Source of the DNA: Stegostoma tigrinum
Taxonomy: Eukaryota
DNA length: 64,000 bases
Assembly: GCF_030684315.1 (NCBI RefSeq)
Contig: NC_081357.1
Coordinates: forward strand, 22,615,204 to 22,679,203
Direction of reading: 5' to 3'
Program-made: the position numbers and the translations under genes
Notes under the pieces: model-generated
The model's database searches: none
Told to the model about the DNA's origin: nothing
Seen by the model: only the letters and a program-made list of their open reading frames with translations
In this document: positions 11,450 to 23,360 of the stretch, piece by piece
How positions within the stretch are numbered: position 1 is the first letter of the stretch
Layout of the letters: every line of letters begins with the position of its first letter

Positions 11450-12505
11450 CTGTTCAACATAAACTGAAGAGGCCTATCTTCTCTCGAAAACAGTTTGTGT
11501 AAAAGATCTCACTGCACTCTGGTGAAGTGGAGCTTACCTTCGACTCCCAGCCAATCTCCCTCAAAGAGCACTAAGACAGATAATCTGGTCATTATCACAT
11601 TGCTGTTCTTGGAGTCAATAAACTTGGAGTGGGAAAGCACAGCAAGTCAGATAGCACCTGACAAGTGGGAATGTCAATATTTCGGGCCAAAACCCTTCAA
11701 CAGGACTGGGGAGGGGGAAGGGAACCCAGAAATAAATGGGGGCAGGGCTGGGCTTGGGGGAGGACAGGTGAGATGGAAGTAGGTGCATGCAGGTAGGGGG
11801 TTATGGTGGTTGGTTAGTGGGAAGGGTAGGGAGGATAAGTGAGTCAGGAATTGGACAGGTTGGGTGAGGAGTGATTTTGAAACTGGTGAAGTCAATATTC
11901 AGGCCATTACAATGTAAGCTCCCAAGGCGAAATACGAAGTGTTGTTCCTCCAGTTTACATTTGACCTCATTCTGACAGTGGAGGAGGCCAAGGATGGGCA
12001 TGTCACCAGGGGTGTGGGAGGGGGAATTCAAGTGGATGGCAAATGGAAGGTCAAGTTAGTTGGTGCATGCAGAGTGCAGATGCTGTGCAAACCAATCCCT
12101 GGATCTGTGTTTGGTCTCCCCAGTACAGAGGAGGCCACTTCGGGAGCAATGGATTCGGTAGATGAGGTTGGATGAAAGTGCAGGTGAATCTCTGTTGGAT
12201 TTGGAAGGTTTGTCTGGGGCCTTGGGTGGAGGTGAGAGGGGATGTGTAGGGTCAGGTGTAGCAGCTCCTGCGGTTGCAGGGAAGGGTACTGGGTGCGGTG
12301 GGGAAGTTGGTGGGGTGTGTAGAGTGGACAAGGGAGTCACGGAGTGAAAGGTCTCTGCCCCCAAGTTGATGCTTTCGGAGCTTACTTTACATGTATTAGT
12401 TTTAATTAATGTAATGTTACATTCATTACATTGCAACAGTTGTTGTACTTCAGAGTAAGGCTTCATTGACCATACGGTGCTTGGAGATGTCCTGAGAGAT
12501 GAAGT
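11450..12505 (+). mobile_element. Deu-domain SINE (SacSINE1/AmnSINE1-like) split by a Penelope insertion
   Basis: tgtaaaagatctcac...acagataatctggtcattatcacattgctgtt (11450-11610). Resumes ~12420 with ttacattgcaacagt...tacttcaga...cttcattg...gatgtcctgag. Confidence 0.6.
11612..12360 (-). mobile_element. Penelope-like element 3' remnant (GIY-YIG endonuclease + pseudo-LTR)
   Basis: ORF track SNLIYRIHCSRSGLLCTGETKHR...FAQHL and LGLLHCQNEVKCKLEEQHFVFRLGSLHCNGLNIDFTSF, homologous to 28921-29738. Confidence 0.85.
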
Positions 12506-13240
12506 CGTAGCAAATGGAGTGAAGTCAGAGTATCAGCCATGATGGCATTCAATTATGGAGCAGGCTTGAGGGGCCGACTAGTTTACTCTTGTTCCTATTT
12601 CTTACATTCCACACTGCACAATTATAAGCTGATTATTCTTAAATGTTTCTCTGTATGGTTTTGCATATTGAGCAAACTTTGATTTTTGAGCCTGGAAACG
12701 TGATGTTTGTGAGGGACCTCTTAACACTTTTAATATGCCACTGGTCTGTCTGCAAGGTCAAAACAGCCATTCACCCAGTAAAGACACCAGATAGGAGAAT
12801 GTCATATAAAGCCATTAAGTGCTCCAAATCTCATATTACACACAGCAGTCTCAAGGCTTTGATTGCTGATGGTTACGTTTGTTGTGCTAATCAATCATAC
12901 ATTAGATGTTTCCAGTTTGGACTATAGGCGCTGGTTCGTGTTTCAACAGGTGGCTGTCTTCAGTTGCACTTTGTCCGAGTACGATCCCATCAGGCTCAGC
13001 GCTTCCAATACGCACATTAAAAAATGTCCATATTGCAGTCCACATGTTGCATCAAGCCCCAACGGGAAACATCAAGAGGGTAACCGCGGAGAAAATTCTG
13101 CAGTCTCCAAGAAATACAGCTCAAAGCTCAAACTAACTTCTGCGATGCAATAAGCCTTCAATTTGAAATTAAAGAGAAACTGTTCATAGGTGATCTGACT
13201 TGATGGGCTGAAGGGCCTCTTCTCTACTTTTTTAAAAAAA

Positions 13241-13538
13241 TTAGAATACCTACAGTGTGGAAACAGGCCCTTTGGCCCAGCAAGTCCACACTGCCCCTTG
13301 AAGCATCCCACCCAGACCCATCCCCCTATAACCCACACACCCCTGAACACTACGGGCAATTTAGCATGGCCAGTCCACTTAGCCTGCACATCTTTGGGCT
13401 GTGGGAAGAAACCAGAGCACCTGCAGACATGGGAGAATGTGCAAACTCCATACAGATAGTTACCCAAGGCTGGAATCGAACCCGGGTCCCTGGCACTGTG
13501 AGGCTGCAGGGCTAATCACTGAGCCATCATGCCGCCCC
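13241..13538 (-). mobile_element. HE1-type V-SINE
   Basis: Reverse strand ggggcggcatgatggctcagtgattagc...gggacccgggttcgattcc, V-domain and gggccaaagggcctgtttccacactgta tail. Confidence 0.9.
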
Positions 13539-14589
13539 TACTGTATGATTCTGTGATTTGTGAAACCTCTTTGTGTCAAATTGAACCTTAAAATTGGTTG
13601 AATTCCAGCATCTGGGATATTTTATTGCCATTCCGGATGCCATATCAATACACGATGTAGGACAACGTTCTGCTCTTCATTGAAACCTCAGAAACTGCAA
13701 ATGTGAGCAACCAGCAGTCTCAAAGCTTGGATTGCTAATTTTCTGGCTACCATGACATTCAGAGAGCAAGACATCTGACATTTCCCAGCCTCACACTCGC
13801 TCATTAAGCTTCTGACTCACTTGGTTGAATGCTGAGCCATATCAGTGAGGCAGCTCGAAAATTCTCTGGCCAAAAATGAGATCAGTCATGAACAGATCAA
13901 TGGCCTTTCTCCAGATAACAGTTTCCATTATTCAAGAGTCATCAAACTACGCTTTATACCTTGAGCTTTATCATGGAGCAGAGTTAGGTGACAGGCCCTA
14001 AATAGATCAAACCCCACTCTGTTGGTGTTATTCTGAGCCACACCAACATGTCTCAACTGAGCCCTCGAGGTCCGAGTGACATTCATATGTATCATCAATT
14101 AAAACCTACATGCTGCTTCCAAGTCATCAAAGCCATCACTAAGGTCTATGAGTTGTCAATAAATCACTCATTAGTGTTTCCATTTGTGCATTCAGCAAGA
14201 AATTGTGATGAATTGGATGCTGCTTACTTCACAACATGCTGCAAATCATTGGTTAAAACTGGTGCTCGAACTGAGTTCACTAATTATTTGCATCCCTAGG
14301 ATACTTATTGTGGTAAGTTTTTATAATAACTGGATGATTTTATTTAGGAATGATAAAACAGGAAGCTTAGTTACTAGGGTAACCTGTTTGTTGCTCACAA
14401 TATTAAAGTAGGGCAGCGGTCTCCAACTCTTTTAGGCTTAAGATCACTCCTTGAAATGAAATGCAACCCATGCTACACCCCAGGTAAATTTTACAATAAA
14501 CAGCTTATTTCTAATGTAATATAAATTTAAAGGCAAATACATATCATTGTCGTTTTGTCATCTACTCACCAAGTCTCATTGTGACACTT

Positions 14590-15085
14590 GGCTGTACATC
14601 ATCTACCTGTGTCTTGAAGCCTAGGTTATAGTTCGAGATGGTTAGCATATGAAGAGAGACTGGATCAGTTAGGACGACGTTCTGTCCAAGTTAGAAGAAT
14701 GAGGGCAGAATATTTTAAAAAACCAAGAAAATTCTAACAGAACTAGACAGGGTAAATGGAGGAAGAAAATGATGGAGGGGTCCAGAATGAGGCATCATAG
14801 TTTAAAGATAGACGATTTAGAGCCGAGAGGAGGAAAATTGTCTTCACGCAGAGAATGGTGAGCCTGCAGAATTTTCTGCCACAGGAAGGTGGTGAGGCCA
14901 AAACATTCGAATGTTTTCAAGAAGGAAATGAATGAAGTTTTATAGAGCTAAAGAGGTCAAAGGACATGGGGAGAAAGCAGGAACAGGACACTGAGTTGGA
15001 TGATCTGCCATGATTATATTGAATTAGACAGCAGGCACAAAGGGCCGAATGGCCTACTTCTCCTCCCATTTTCTATGTTTCCATG
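14590..15085 (+). mobile_element. CR1 LINE 3' fragment
   Basis: tatgaagagagactggatcagttagga...ttagaagaatgaggg...gggccgaatggcctact...ttctatgtttc. Confidence 0.85.
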
Positions 15086-15089
15086 TGTA

Positions 15090-15820
15090 CAGCTCATGAA
15101 ATGAATATCCTTGCCAGAACAGAAGTGTCTTAGCTGGGCCACGCTGTAGAACAAGGCCAAATAGCAGCTCGAGAGGTTAAAAAAGGGCTATTTTGGAAAT
15201 TCCATGCCTAAAACAAAACACCAAATTTTGTGATGTGTTGGCCTGGGTGGATTTTACTGGATACTTGTTCTAATCAATAACAATGTCAGGGGTCCTTTGA
15301 TGAATCTGTTAAGGGAAGGTAGAAAATGTTATTGTCACAAAAAAAGGCAGTGTATTTGACAACTTGAAAGCTGTGCTGACAACTGCACTAGTTTTCACAG
15401 CATCAAGTTGTGAGAAGTCATTCAAACTGGCTGTTGGTGCCAATGATTTCAGTGTGGGTACTACAAGAAACGGAAATGTCTTGTCAACTATTTTTCAAAG
15501 AAACTATAAGCATGTAAGCCGAAATGTTCAGTGGCAGAGGAAGAGATACTGAGTCTTTTGTTGTTTTCACAACAGTTTAAAACTCATAGCACCAACAATG
15601 CAAAAGGAATTGTCATTTATCACAGCCACAGTTTTTTCTTTCTAGAGGAATTTCACAACAAGATATTACAACTTGTATTTTGCTGGAGTTTAATTCTCCT
15701 GCCATACAACTTAAAACTCCTTTATGCTCCTAGAAAATACAATGATACACCTGATGCTTTAACAAGAGCACACATGAAGAAGCCAAAGTTCAGTGATTCA
15801 AATTGTTTTATATAAAATAT
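15090..15820 (+). pseudogene. Decayed Ty3/Gypsy pol (RT C-terminus + RNase H)
   Basis: Translates ARTEVS*LGHAVEQGQI, MPKTKHQIL*CVGLGGFYW, FKLAVGANDFSVG (DAS motif degenerate), AEEEILSLLL, WSLILLPYN and NDTPDALTR (ADALSR motif). Confidence 0.8.
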
Positions 15821-15948
15821 GCTTGACATAGAACTCATTGTATGTTTAATGTTAATCAGTTATTATTGTTAATACAACGTAGAAAATATTTTTAATTGGA
15901 GATTAAAATGCCTCTCAAGGATGTATTACATTCTTCTCTGGGGAGAAG

Positions 15949-16815
15949 TGTGATGAAAGATGTATGAATTATTTATATATGATTAGGTGTCACATGTAGA
16001 CTTTGGTTTTCAAACTAGTGGCATGTGGTATTGGTTACTTGCGTGAAAAATACACAAAAACAGTGTCAGAGAAGCCTTCTAGAATAATGAGCTAGTCTGA
16101 AATGTGGCAGAAAGCATGTGAGTGCAAAAACCCCTGGAAGTGGGAATGGAACATTGTTTGCTTTTACTGGGGAATTTCTGAAAGGGAGTATAAATACTAA
16201 AAGCACTCACTTGCTTTTCATTCAAAATAAATAAGCATTGCTTTTAACTCAGAAAAAAAAAGAGATTGAAAGGTTTTACTGCAGTTTTGGTGGGGACCTG
16301 AACTGGAGTCAACTATAGTTTCACTCCTAGAGTAAAGGACATTTCAGTTACCTCAGTAAAATGGCTTAATTTGAACAATGTTCCAACCATGAGTGTATGC
16401 TAATAAATTAGCAGATTAGTGAAAGAATGAGAAACCTTCAGTTTTGTCATATTTGTATCCAAGGCTAACACTGTTCACAGAACAGAATGAAAGAGAAGAA
16501 GTTGAGTCAAACCTAAAGCTTTGATATCGAAAGATAATTTCTGAGGATTTAGAATACTGTAATCTCATTGAGTTGGGGAATAGTTGAGATTTTGCTTTGG
16601 TTTGTGCTTTAACTTCTTTCAAAGAGTTCTACATTTAGGTAGCTTGGTTTATTTATATTCTCTTTGTGCAATAGACTTCTGTTTTGTTGGAGAAAATCTG
16701 TAACCTTATGTATCTATGCTTTAATGAATGATCACCAGGTCAACTAAACAAAATCCTATGTGATCTGTGGAGCTATTTCTGGGATCTGATTTATCAATGA
16801 GGCTGGGGATATTCA
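15949..16815 (+). mobile_element. 3' LTR of the Gypsy element
   Basis: Polypurine tract ggggagaag (15940-15948) immediately followed by TGTGATG. The 3' part resembles the LTR end at 43300-43447; the right boundary is approximate. Confidence 0.6.
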
Positions 16816-17049
16816 TGGAAGCTTGTCTATTGTAGATCACTTCTGCTGTTTGGTGTGCACCTAGTCCTGTGTTGACTCAGAGGCCAGCTACTTCAGATGA
16901 GGCATTGAGGCTTATGATTCACTGAGAAGCTTGTCATCAACTCTGAACCAGCTGATCTCAGTTCGATCCAGCAAGGATTCTTGTCGGTAGGGGCAAAGAG
17001 TTAGTTATCATTGAACATGTCCTCTCCTACACTTGGGGAGCAGAGAGTT

Positions 17050-17372
17050 AAATCTCAGCTTTCCAATTTGCATACAGCATTCTCTCACAAACAGCAAAGT
17101 GATCATAACCAGATTATCCATTTTTGTGATGTTGAATGGGAGATAAATATGGTCTAGCACACCAGAGATAACTTGCCTGGTTACCTCCAACATGGCCCAA
17201 TGTGATTTCAGACATCCACCTGAGGCTCAGGGATGGCTTTGGTTTAACATCTCATTGGAACAACATTAGCTCCTTCAGTCCTGCTCTGACAAGTCAGCCT
17301 TGAATCTCAAGCTCAAGTCCTACAATGGACTTGAATAGCTAACCCTTTAACTCAGAGGCAAGCATGCTACTA
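17050..17372 (-). mobile_element. Deu-domain SINE (SacSINE1-like)
   Basis: Reverse strand tagtagcatgcttgcctctgagt...ttcaagtcc head, cctcaggtggatgtc and ataatctggttatgatcactttgctgtttgtg. Confidence 0.65.
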
Positions 17373-18112
17373 ATATTCTATTAACCTTTCTAAATGAACT
17401 ATGTTACTTTTCTGCCATGTTTCTGGTACGTTAAGCCCCTTACTCTGATTGCCAGTGTTATTATCTCATGGGAGAAAACAGCACCTATAGTTTGAAAGTC
17501 TATTCTAACTAAATCAGTTTGTCCCACTCTGTGTAAACCTGCTGAAATTTAAAGTTGATTGACATTGGTGAATAGATTAATGCAAATTATTGTTGGAGGT
17601 AAGCCATTTTTTCATACTTCAATGTGGCATTACAAAACCCTTTCTTCATCATACATGCTCATCTTGCCATTTTGCAATATGCCTATTCATTCACAGTTTA
17701 TTTAACTCCATTATCTCCACTTATTAATGATATTCACATTGATCCATCCTTCTGCATTAGAGTTTTATTACTTTCCTGCTTGCCAATATTTCTATTCTTG
17801 CTTAGTATTTCTGAACAGAAATGCAGGGTTACAAGGATGGGATGGGACTGGGAGGGTCGGTGTGGATTCGATGGCTCAATGTCCTCCATTGCACAGCAGG
17901 GATTCTCTGCTTCTATTTGCCATATTCTGTAATGCTACACATAGAAATTAATGTCACATTGCTTGTCATCTTGACATGATTCAGGAAAGAATGCTATCAT
18001 GACAAAAATGTAACAATTTAGAAAAATACTGATTTTTCAATGATTGTTGATTGACTTAACGGTATCTAAATAGGTACAGAAGCGAGGTGGCAGTCTACAA
18101 TTAGAAAGAGGA

Positions 18113-18448
18113 ATTGGTGGCATAGTGCTACTGTCACTGAACTAGCAATTCTGAATTCCAGGCCAATGTCTGAAGACACCATGGCAAATTGTAAAAATTT
18201 AAATTTAATAAAGATTTAGCTCAATGGTAACAGTGTAACCAATGTCAATTGATATTTTTAAAAAAAAACCTTGTTTACTAATGTCCTATAGAGAAGGAAA
18301 TCCGCAGTCCTTACCTGGTCTGGCCTACATGACTCCAAATCCGCAAATACGTGATTGATTCTCAATTGTCTGCTAGGCAATTAAGGATGGGTAAGCCTGG
18401 AAAATTAGGATGAGCTAATGATGCCTATATCTTTTGAACAAAATTTTT
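18113..18448 (+). mobile_element. SINE family B
   Basis: tggtggcatagtgcta...ctaatgtcc...gaaggaaatccgcagtccttacctggtctggcctacat. Confidence 0.75.
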
Positions 18449-18459
18449 AAAAGTAGTTT

Positions 18460-18572
18460 AAGGGTTCTGGTTGCAGTGACCTTATCTCTGAACCAGGATG
18501 CTTGGGTTCAAATCCCACCTGCTCTAGAGGTGAGTCATAACATTCCTGAACAGGGTTGATTAGAAAATATAA
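18460..18572 (+). mobile_element. SINE family C
   Basis: ctctgaaccagg...gggttcaaatcccacctgctctagagg...gttgattagaaaatat. Confidence 0.65.
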
Positions 18573-18764
18573 AACAAAAAGCAAAGAACAATGTGTGGGT
18601 AATTGATGACTAATAAACTGTCAGAAGGAAGGAGTAAGTAAACCAATTAAATTATCTTCTGAAAATGTTTTAATTAGGTTTTATGAACTTGTGGCTAACC
18701 AAAGATATGATCAAGCAAGCTAGTCTCTAGATAAATGTGTGTACAATATCCAAACTGATATTTG

Positions 18765-19078
18765 AGTACAGAGACATTGTTGCACTCTCAGAGGTACTCT
18801 CTTTCAGTTAAGACATTAAGTTGAGGGCTAGTTTGCTCTCTAAGGTAGTTGTAAAAGATCCCACAGTGCTATTTAGAAGAACTAGGGGAGATCTAACCAA
18901 TACGCTGCTCCTCAATCAGGTTAGGTCCTTATCATATTTGTTGGACCTTGCTGTGAACTGATTGTCTATTATGTTTCCACATTACAATACTTTAAAAGTG
19001 CCGCTTCTGCTGTAAAGCATTTTGGGATGTTCTGTAATCATGAAAAATGTTAAACAAATGCAAGTCCCTTCCTTTTTC
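18765..19078 (+). mobile_element. Deu-domain SINE (SacSINE1-like)
   Basis: gtaaaagatcccacagtgctatttagaagaa...ttgctgtg...ctgtaaagcattttgggatgttctg...aaatgcaagtc (L2-type tail). Confidence 0.7.
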
Positions 19079-21414
19079 TAATTGTGACTTAGGGTGATTG
19101 TATAAAGTAAGTGATACTGAATTATCTGCTTTGAAACATCAATCCCCATTCCATTCCCATTTACCTTAAAACCAGGGATTGGAGAGATGTACAGCAGGAG
19201 GGTACTTTGATTTTGTCTGTTTTATTCAGTCACTTGAGACCAAAATGACCTATTAGTCTTGAAAAACCTTCAAATAGTGGATGTTTTCAGCTACATGCCA
19301 GGTGCAGCAGATAAGCAATGTATTTTTTCAGGTTGAAGTAATGGAGAGGTGTGTATAACGGAGACCTCTTTAGAAACTCAATGGCATTTTAAAACATTTT
19401 TTTGAGGAACAAGACCTGACGGAGGAATTCAAATTTTAAAAAAAAACAGGCATTCCAAGTAAAGAAACACTCCTTTCCTGCAAAATAGCCATTTACTTGT
19501 TCCTTGTACAATTTATTATATTGCATTCATAGGAAGTACAACCCTGATGTGATGATGTTCTGTGACAGTGTATAAATGCGCAGACTCTACCCAAGTAGCT
19601 GATTGGGGCCTAGAATGGAGTCCACCCTTGGTCTCTGAAGTGAGTCACCCTTATTCAGCCATACCTCCTGTGTTGAAATCTAAACTGAAGTTCTTCCCAC
19701 ATTTCATATTTGTCTCAATTGAACAGATAGCAGTGTATTCTTGACACAGCTTCATGGAGAGCAGCTGATGTTTAACAACTAGCAAAACAGCATTTTCAGG
19801 AATCTGTGGTGATCCAAAAGTCAACATTTAGCAATTTTCAGCTTCAGCTGAACAAATAGTGCACAAAGGACCAAACACCATACAACAACATTAGTAAAAA
19901 CTTGCAGAGCTCAGTTCATTAAGAACATTGCCAGTAGCTTAATAACTGGCTCAGCACCATTAAGGCACTTTGATTGCTTCTTGAGTTGTATGCCTGTTAT
20001 GATTTATTCTGCATTTGAGGGATTTCCCATTCAGTCAAATACAAGTTTGAGCATGCAAGTTATACTGGAATTATTCGGACAATACTTCAAACTGTGCAGT
20101 CACCGCCTTTCTGAAACCAAATATTTTCATAGTTTATATTCTATTTAGAACTTGGCCCTGAGCCAACCTAATAATTTACTCTTGGTAAGATAGACAGAAG
20201 CTTATGCAGTCTTATTTTATGCCATAGACTGGTGAGTGGCTTCAAAAAGCTGGACATTAGCACAACAGGCTTCTTGTTTACTGGGTGTTAACATCAATTG
20301 GGTGCTGTATGAATTACTTAGCAGGAACAGTGCTGAAAATGTCCATATTTATCAAGGTCATCCATCATAGAACATAAATTATATGTTGCTACATTTAGCA
20401 AATGGCAGATATTATATTGATGGCTCTTTAATTTGATGACAATAGTTTGTCATCTTTCCTCAAAATTGCTGTCATGTTCACTATTTTACAATTTAATTCA
20501 ATCTCTCCCATCTCTCTGGAGATTGCTAAGGTGAACCGCAATATAGGTCTACCATAATCAGCTGGCTCCAGTTAGATTTGGTATAAATTCTAATGCTATG
20601 TTCTCTCCACTGTTTTGCATCAATTCTTCTAGTCTGTCATCAGAATTTCCCCCCATTACCACAAAAGTCATTTTTATCTATTGCATTTTTATTTGATCGA
20701 TTCTGGCAGTTAGTACATAACTTAGCTTTCAGATTTTTCATGCATCATTTTGCCTCTGAACTCAGATGATTTAGAAAATGTCAAAATGATTTCAACTTCT
20801 TCGGTTCAAAGCAAGACTGCAGTAGTCTCTCTGTTATTCCATGCATTTGTCATAGGCAACGTAGATATGATTATGAATTTCAGCAAAGATGCTTTGAAAT
20901 GCTTTTCGCCCTCCTGTGGTGTTGCTCATATGTGCAAGTAAGGAGTTGGACTCCTTGTGGATGGGTGTGGGGGAGGTGCGATGGTAGCAGATGGTGACTC
21001 CAGGTTCCAGCAGATTGAACATTTTTTTTAAAATCTGTGGTTGTAAGGGATGGTTAGTACACACATATTCATACAGATCTGAAAGGCCACAAATCTGTCA
21101 CAGAATAAGGTAATGCATCTTTCTCTGTTAGACCAGGTGCTGAACCATGGCCATACCCTTCCTTGCATTAGGACCATAAGGGCATCAGTAGGTCATTCTG
21201 CCCTTTAAGCATGCTCTACCGTTCTATCGTGAGGCTGTCTTTAAATTAGTAAGAACGAGGGAGGGACATATTAAGAAGTGAAGTGAGCTAAGTTTTGAAG
21301 GGAAAGGGAAAGGAGGATATGAGGCAACACATAAATGTCCATAGCATAATGGTCAGGCTTACAGGGGTGTAAAAGGAAGGTGAAAGTCCAAATGAGGAAA
21401 ATTACTGTTAGGAA

Positions 21415-23200
21415 TAAGTGAGCCTGTCTCAAATAATACACACAATCTCTGTAATTAAACAGGGGAGCTGGAGGCCATAATATATTTCATCAACCCAGTC
21501 ATAATGAGGATTACTGAGATATGACTATATAAATGTCAAGACTGGCAATTAAAGGTTGCAAGGGTAAAAAATAGGAAATTTAGGAAAGATGAAAATGTCA
21601 AACAGGGTGGTAGAGTGGTTGCACTCATCAGAAGTAACACAATGAGAGTGGAGTAGAGTAACACAGCCTTCGATGCAGCTAAAATAGAATCCACATGGGC
21701 AGAGATAGAGGATAAAAAGATCAGCCACATTTGTAGGATTAAATGGCAGACCACCTAAGAGTGAAAAAGACTGGAGGAAGAAATAGACAGACAAGTCAGA
21801 GAAATGAGTATGAATATAGAATAATAATCATAGAGATTTCAATGTCACCGATATTATTTGGCTACATAAAGGGATCAAATTCCTGGAATATGAATGGGAC
21901 TCCTTCCTAACCCATTGTGTCAAATGTCTGACAAGCAATGATTTGTTACAGGAATGTTACAATGCAATTCAAAGAAGTAAAGTAGCAGTTGAAGCAAACA
22001 TCTGAGAAATAGTAACCACAATATCATATGATTTTCCGAATCTTAAAGCATAAGTATGATGAAGACGAGGGGATTAATTTGAGAAAAGCTGACATTTGGG
22101 GCCTGAGAAAAGAATAATAGGGACAGCAATAATGGCAATCAATGTTGTGACCAGCAATGAGAAACATTTAGCAGAATTTAAGAAAAAAATCAAGCTAAAC
22201 ACTGACAAAAAACTGTGGATAAATAAAGACATAAGGGAAATAGCGACAGTAAGGATAAAACCTTACCTTGATTATCTAGATAGCAAAAGGGAGCATAAAT
22301 TGAAGAATATAAAGGGATTTAGAGGGAAGTCCAAAAACAGAATTGGGAAGGCAAAATTGAACTATAAGATAATCAAGATATGCAAGTTATATAATATACA
22401 AGAATATAAATAAAAAATACATAATTTCAGCGTGGATATAGGGTCATTGTGGGATGTAGAGGATAAATTTATCCAAGGATGACTGAAAAATCAAATAACT
22501 ATAAAGAGTGTTTTAAACTAAACAGATGTAGGTGGATTCTGGGGAGGGGATACGCAGATTTAAAAATCAAAAGGATTTGGTGGCATTGGAAGGTAATGCG
22601 ACCCAGAGTGGGCCAGAGTGAACAAACATTAAAAGAAGCAGCAAATAAGGTCAAAAGGGCAAATTACAGGAGACAAAACAGAAAGTACTGAAGAAACTTG
22701 GGTGAGTATCTCACTGCCCCAAAGCCAGTCAACTATCTTCAAGGCACAAGTCAGGAGTGTGATGCAATACTCCCCACTTGCCTGGATGGGTGCAGTCCCA
22801 ACCACACTCAAGGAGCTGGCACCATCCAGGTCAAAGCAGCCCACTTGATTTGTACTCTACCTACTAAGGGCGCTACATTTTGCTTGAAAAATAATCTTAT
22901 GAATGGAATAGAGGAGCAAAGGAATCTTTGGATACAAATACACAAATCAATAAAAGCAGAGACACATGTCATTACAATCATTAAAGAAAACACCAGAACA
23001 AGCACTTGGGCTTATTCCCAGAGGATTTAAATTGAAAAGTCAGGAATTTATGCAAAACTTGCGATCAACTGATGAACTTTGGTGAGATCACACTTGGAGT
23101 GTTCTGAATGTTCTGATTTCTGTATTATGAAGAGGCTACCGGGGCATGGAGAAGTCAGCAAAAGCATTAAGAAGGATACCACCAATGTATAGGTTGCATT
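21415..23200 (+). mobile_element. Ancient, heavily decayed CR1 LINE (APE to RT pieces) with a LINE family 2 fragment at ~22697-22860
   Basis: gattactgagatatgact (ITETWL), caagactggcaattaaaggttgcaaggg (DWQLNIQG), ggtggtagagtggttgcactc (GGGVAL) and cacacttggagtgttctg. Confidence 0.7.
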
Positions 23201-23204
23201 GGTT

Positions 23205-23360
23205 AAATCCTATCAGAAACCTCGAATTCCTTCCCTACAACACATGGCCTGCGACAGTTCACAAAGACAGCTGACCACCACCTTCTCAAAGGCAACTAAA
23301 TACGGGTAATAAATGCTAGCCCAGCCAACAGCCACATCCCACAAGTGAATAAAAGAATAA
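23205..23360 (+). mobile_element. LINE family 2 3' tail
   Basis: cagctgaccaccaccttctcaaaggcaact...aataaatgctagcccagcca...cacatcccacaagtgaataaaa. Confidence 0.7.

Noticed and set aside
14414-14445. hAT-like terminal sequence cagcggtctccaactctttt
   Set aside because: I found no matching second TIR or 8-bp TSD.
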